Positions 59,712 through 64,000 of a DNA stretch of 64,000 nucleotides are shown piece by piece. The notes below the pieces were generated by a model that saw nothing but the letters and a program-made list of their open reading frames with translations, did not search any database and had not been told where the DNA came from. The stretch lies in contig NC_058377.1 in assembly GCF_018350175.1 (NCBI RefSeq), positions 57,536,001-57,600,000 on the forward strand. The letters are read 5' to 3'. Position 1 is the first letter of the stretch. Each line of letters opens with the position of its first letter. The stretch is from Felis catus (lineage: Eukaryota). Position numbers and translations under genes: made by a program.

Positions 59712-62448
59712 AAAAGCTTTATAATAAATTGTATTGGCCAAGGTTTATGGAGAAAAAAAGGAACTAATTAACATCTTAGAAGGCCAGAGATCCTAAACCT
59801 TACAGGTAATTATCATTTCATTCCTATGTTTATTCATTTAAAAACTCAATACTTAGCATCTGTACGTGCCAGGCATTATTGGTGCTGAACATGCAGCAGT
59901 GAACAAAACAGATAAAAAAAAAAAAAAAAAAAAACCCGTGCTCATGAAGCTCACATTCATTCAGGTAAGGAATAGAGAGGCATGCTGAGAGCTAGCTTTG
60001 GATGAAGACAGGAGTAAGATAAGAGACAAAGGTAAAATTTACCTATTTCACAGCTTTACATACGAATCTCTTCCCTCTCAACTGCCTGGCAATATCCTGT
60101 CCATCTACTTCTGAGCTCATTTCTAATGAATCCTACCTCCTCCCTGACTTCATCCTACCCACCCTACATCATAAAAAATATTTTTACAAATTATAAAACA
60201 GTATATAATATAGTGTTATATTTCCATTTCCTGTAATGTGCACAATTGTGCCATGAACATTTTAGATGCTCGGTAAATGAATAAAAGAATTTTTGTCAAA
60301 GGCAGCATGTGGAATATGTAAGCAGTAGAGCTGTTATAAGAGAAAGCAGATGGCTTACAGGGAGGGGGCAGGAGAACAGATGACCACGTTGCTGTTCCAA
60401 GATGCAAAATATACCTCTTATTAACTGTGCAATAAATGTGAATCATCAGTACTGTGTCAGCAAATACGAAATCATTTTCAATAGGCCAGAATGTAGCTAA
60501 AAGAAATAATGAAATACAGTAAAGGCAGTTCAACATGCATATCCATCTTTGTTTGACTATTTGAAAAAAAAAGTATTAATAGGTAAGGCTGTAAGTACAA
60601 TGGAAATATATTCAATTAATACTAAATAAAAATACTGTATGGTCTAAGGATTGCTTTTTAAGCTTTTTACCACCTTAACTTTAATTAACTAAAGCTCTTT
60701 TGAAGTAGAACTTACTTAGTCTTTTTGAAATAAAGTATTTTCCCCAATGCTATTATTATAAAGCTTGAACACAACATCCTTGCCTTGGCATGTCATAAAA
60801 GCCACTTCTTTGTGTATGCTTGTAATTCAAGCATGCAGTAAAGAGAGACTGCAGAACATTCGGGAATAAAAACTGAGAACAAGAGGAAAAGAAACATAAT
60901 AAAAAGCCAGGGTTATAATGTTCAAATACATGTTGCTGACAGCCTTAATGAATGTACTTTTCAAAGGTTACATATCACTAAAATCCCTTTTCACCAACAG
61001 GAGGCCAGGAAAACAGAGGAAGTAACACAAAAGGCAGATTTAGAATAAAGATGTGGCATTAATTCAAGTCAGCGATAAGTTAGAAAATAGTTCTTGAGCG
61101 TTAAATGACTCATAATCAATTTTAGGTGGTAAAATTTTCCAATTCTTATTTTGGGGAACACGTATCGCTCTACCCCTACTTGGAATCACTATTGCAACAG
61201 ATAAAAAGTCACAAATAAAAATATAAAAATGAAATTTTAAAATAAAAAAATGTTTTAAAAATTGTTTTCAATTTAAAAAAATGGAGTGGTTCTGCATCTG
61301 TGATGGGTAAAAACAGAATAAATTCTGAAACTGTCCCTGTGACAGCCAGAATCCAAGAGATGGCTGTGCCAGGGTGTAATTGGACACAATGAACTGCCAA
61401 GAAAGGCATCCTGGGCGAGAACCATTCTTTAACAGTGTGTACCTGTACCAAATTAGGTTAGTTCCGCATTAGGCAAAGTCCAACTTGGGCACAACAGAAC
61501 CTCTTCTAAGTTAGTCTCAGCTTGCCAGTCACCAGGGTCACCTTAGGAGACAATGTTCCTCAACATCCCTTGGCTGTTCCATGAGTTGGGGAAGTGATAG
61601 CTTCTGCTCTGTGGAGAGGTCCTGCCAAAGAAAGCTGCGACTCTGTCACCAAATCCCTTCCCCTGAGGTCACCTCAGCAGGACAGGATCAAGATGGCTGT
61701 GTTCTTCTACTCAAGACACCCTGAGAAGGGACAGGGGACATTGTGGCTACATAAAACTTTTCTGCCCCACTGGCCTTTAAGTTCTCCATGTCTTCCTCTG
61801 GTACTCTGCATTGTCATAGTCCTCAGCATTACGCTTGTCTTCCTTACAAAATAACATAAAATGCTCAGCACGTACACATCCACCTAGCTCCCAGCTCTCA
61901 TTGTTTCCTGACCTGAATCTATTTTCTACACCTATCCCCACTCTTCCTCCTAATCTCAGTCCAGCAGTCAAAACAATCTTTCCTCCCGTGAGCTCTTTGG
62001 TTGTCATGGTAACCAAAAGACAAGTGCAAAGAAAGCATCATATAACAAGGCTGGATACAAAATTTGAGCTATCCCCAGGGGACTTGCTGAGACTACCTCA
62101 TTCCTTTTCATCTTGAATGCACATAATAAATAAACTGCAATCTGTGTGGCTAGTTTTAACCATTTAACCTGATTAATTAAAGAAAGGTGTTGGGGTGGGG
62201 GACTGGCTCAACCTGTTTTAAAGAGGCTTATTGCCAACCTTTAAGACAACTTGCTTTAATTGCCACAGGTTTTTTAACACATCATGAAAAAACTTCAAAA
62301 TGACTCAAAAAGGAATGTAATCAAATCCCACTCACTTCAAACAAAAAATATCCCATTTCTTGATGATAAAGAATGCTTTAAGTAAAAGGTTGTCTGTAGA
62401 GCTCCATCTTTGCTTATTTTGCCTTGCTTGAGATCAAGCATAGAAACA

Positions 62449-62695
62449 GGGGTGCCTGGGTAGCTCGGTTGGTTAAGCTCTTGACTCTTGGTTTCAGCTC
62501 AGGTCATGATCTCAGGGTTCCTGGTTTTGAGCCCCTGTCAGGCTCTACATTGGCAGCTCAGAGCCTGCTTAGGATTCTCTATCTTTATGCCCCTCCCCTA
62601 CTCATGTCTGTGCTTTCTCTCTCTCTCTCTCCCTCTTTCTGTCTCTCTCCTTCCCAAAATAAATAAATAAACTTATATATATATATATATATATA
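62449..62695 (+). mobile_element. CAN-SINE with (TA)n tail
   Basis: Head, (CT)n tract and ~(TA)10 at 62674-62694. Confidence 0.88.
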
Positions 62696-62889
62696 AGAAA
62701 AACTTTTCCAAGGAATAAATTCTGGCCTTCCTTACTTATCAGTATGTCCATGAGCACATATTACAGGGAAAGCAGACTGCTCTTGGGATAGACTTTATAC
62801 CAAATACTTGAAAAAGTACTTTATGAGACCAATTACTATTTCCTCTGATATAAAAGTCCATTCTTTCAAAAATAAGAAGTGAGCAACTA

Positions 62890-63102
62890 AGGTGCCTGGG
62901 TGGCTCGACTGGTTGAACATCCAATGGATCAAGTCATGATCTCATGGTTCATGGGTTCAGCCCCAAATTGGGCTCAGGCTCTGCACTGGCTGCTGGGGAT
63001 TCTCTCTGTCTCTGCCCCTCCCCAACTTGTGCCCACATGCACGCACATGCACACACACGCACCCTCTCCCTCTCTCTCAAAATAAATAAACATTAAAAAC
63101 AA
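62890..63102 (+). mobile_element. CAN-SINE (older)
   Basis: TGAGCAACTA on both sides. Confidence 0.85.
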
Positions 63103-63569
63103 TTGAGCAACTACTAATTGTCGTATTAACTCATCTCTTTCAACATTGATATGTAATGTTTTGATGCTCTCCCCCCGGAAATTTTGATGCCACAGTGCAG
63201 CATTCAAGAGCCTAAGATAGTATGGCCTCTCTGTCTCTTGCACTCTCCTTTGGTGTATAACACACACACATTCTCTCCCTTTCTCTGTCTCTCTCTCTCT
63301 CTCTTTTTTTCCATCACTCCCTGTCTTTAGCAGATATTGTTGTAGCGTCTCCATATGCCAATTCTTCCTATTCTCATGCTGGCAGAGCTCCACTTTTGAT
63401 TAGATCCCATCTTCCTGCCCAACGCTCTCTAGCTCCAGCTCACCGCAGGAAGGAATTAGGACTGATCTAAGGCACTCGTGTGGTCTCATTCTCCTTGCCC
63501 GGGATTGGTTAGGTATGTATCTCATTTGGACAATTAGTTATGAGCAGAAAGCTGCCCAAAACCTCTGTG

Positions 63570-64000
63570 TTTTTAACTTCAAATTCCATTTATTCATTGC
63601 AGGTATATAGGAAAATGATTGAGTTTTGTATAGTAGCCTTATATCCTGGAGCCTTGCTATAATTGCTTATTCATTGTAGGAGGTTTTTTTCTCAATTCTC
63701 TTGGATTTTCTACATAGACATTCATGTCATCTGCAATCAAAGACAGTTTTATTTCTTCCTAACTTATCAGTATGTCTTTTATTTTATTTTCTTATGTTAT
63801 TGCATTAGCTATGATTTCCAGTATGATGTTGAAAAAGAGTTGTGAAAAGAGACATCCTTGCCTTGTTCCTCATGTTAGGTGGTAAGATTCAAGTTTCTCA
63901 CCATTAAGTATGATGTTAGCTATAGGTTTCTGTAGATATTACCAAACTGAGAAGTTCACTCCTATTGCTAGTTTACTGAGTTTTTATTATAAATTGGTGT
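63570..64000 (-). mobile_element. L1 ORF2 fragment running off the window
   Basis: CATGTCATCTGCAA...GACATCCTTGCCTTGTTCCT...CCATTAAGTATGATGTTAGCT is the antisense of the RT region. Confidence 0.85.

Noticed and set aside
36000-64000. A further gene (for example the PGM2L1 5' end) or a novel multi-gene system
   Set aside because: No CpG island, credible exon chain or recognisable protein is visible; by synteny PGM2L1 probably lies beyond the window.

Overview
Mammalian genomic DNA, almost certainly from a felid: about 30 tRNA-derived CAN-SINEs of the feline SINEC_Fc type, plus carnivore-type L1 3' ends. It is a draft assembly with four short N gaps, all inside repeats. Two genes lie on the + strand, in the order known from the human 11q13 POLD3-LIPT2-KCNE3-PGM2L1 block. 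LIPT2 (mitochondrial octanoyltransferase, LipB family) has two coding exons, 7001-7466 and 8003-8232, giving 231 aa. KCNE3 (K+ channel beta subunit MiRP2) has non-coding exons at ~24270-24425 and 30640-30794, a single-exon CDS at 34028-34327 (99 aa) and a probable poly(A) signal at 35831-35842. The rest is intronic or intergenic and dominated by SINEs, L1, L2/MIR, MaLR/ERVL/ERV1 LTRs and DNA-transposon fossils. I see no evidence for a new multi-gene system. The best unexplained signal is a ~340-bp branched fold-back at 39432-39770, about 25 bp downstream of a solo ERV LTR that retains its TATA box. Other leads: a double-E-box palindrome upstream of KCNE3; a uORF and an in-frame N-terminal extension of KCNE3; a weak donor, stop codon and AATAAA in the LIPT2 intron; a probable L1 3' transduction; and inverted repeat pairs around both promoters. 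Repeat subfamily names and human-orthologue comparisons come from memory and need confirming with Dfam and alignments.
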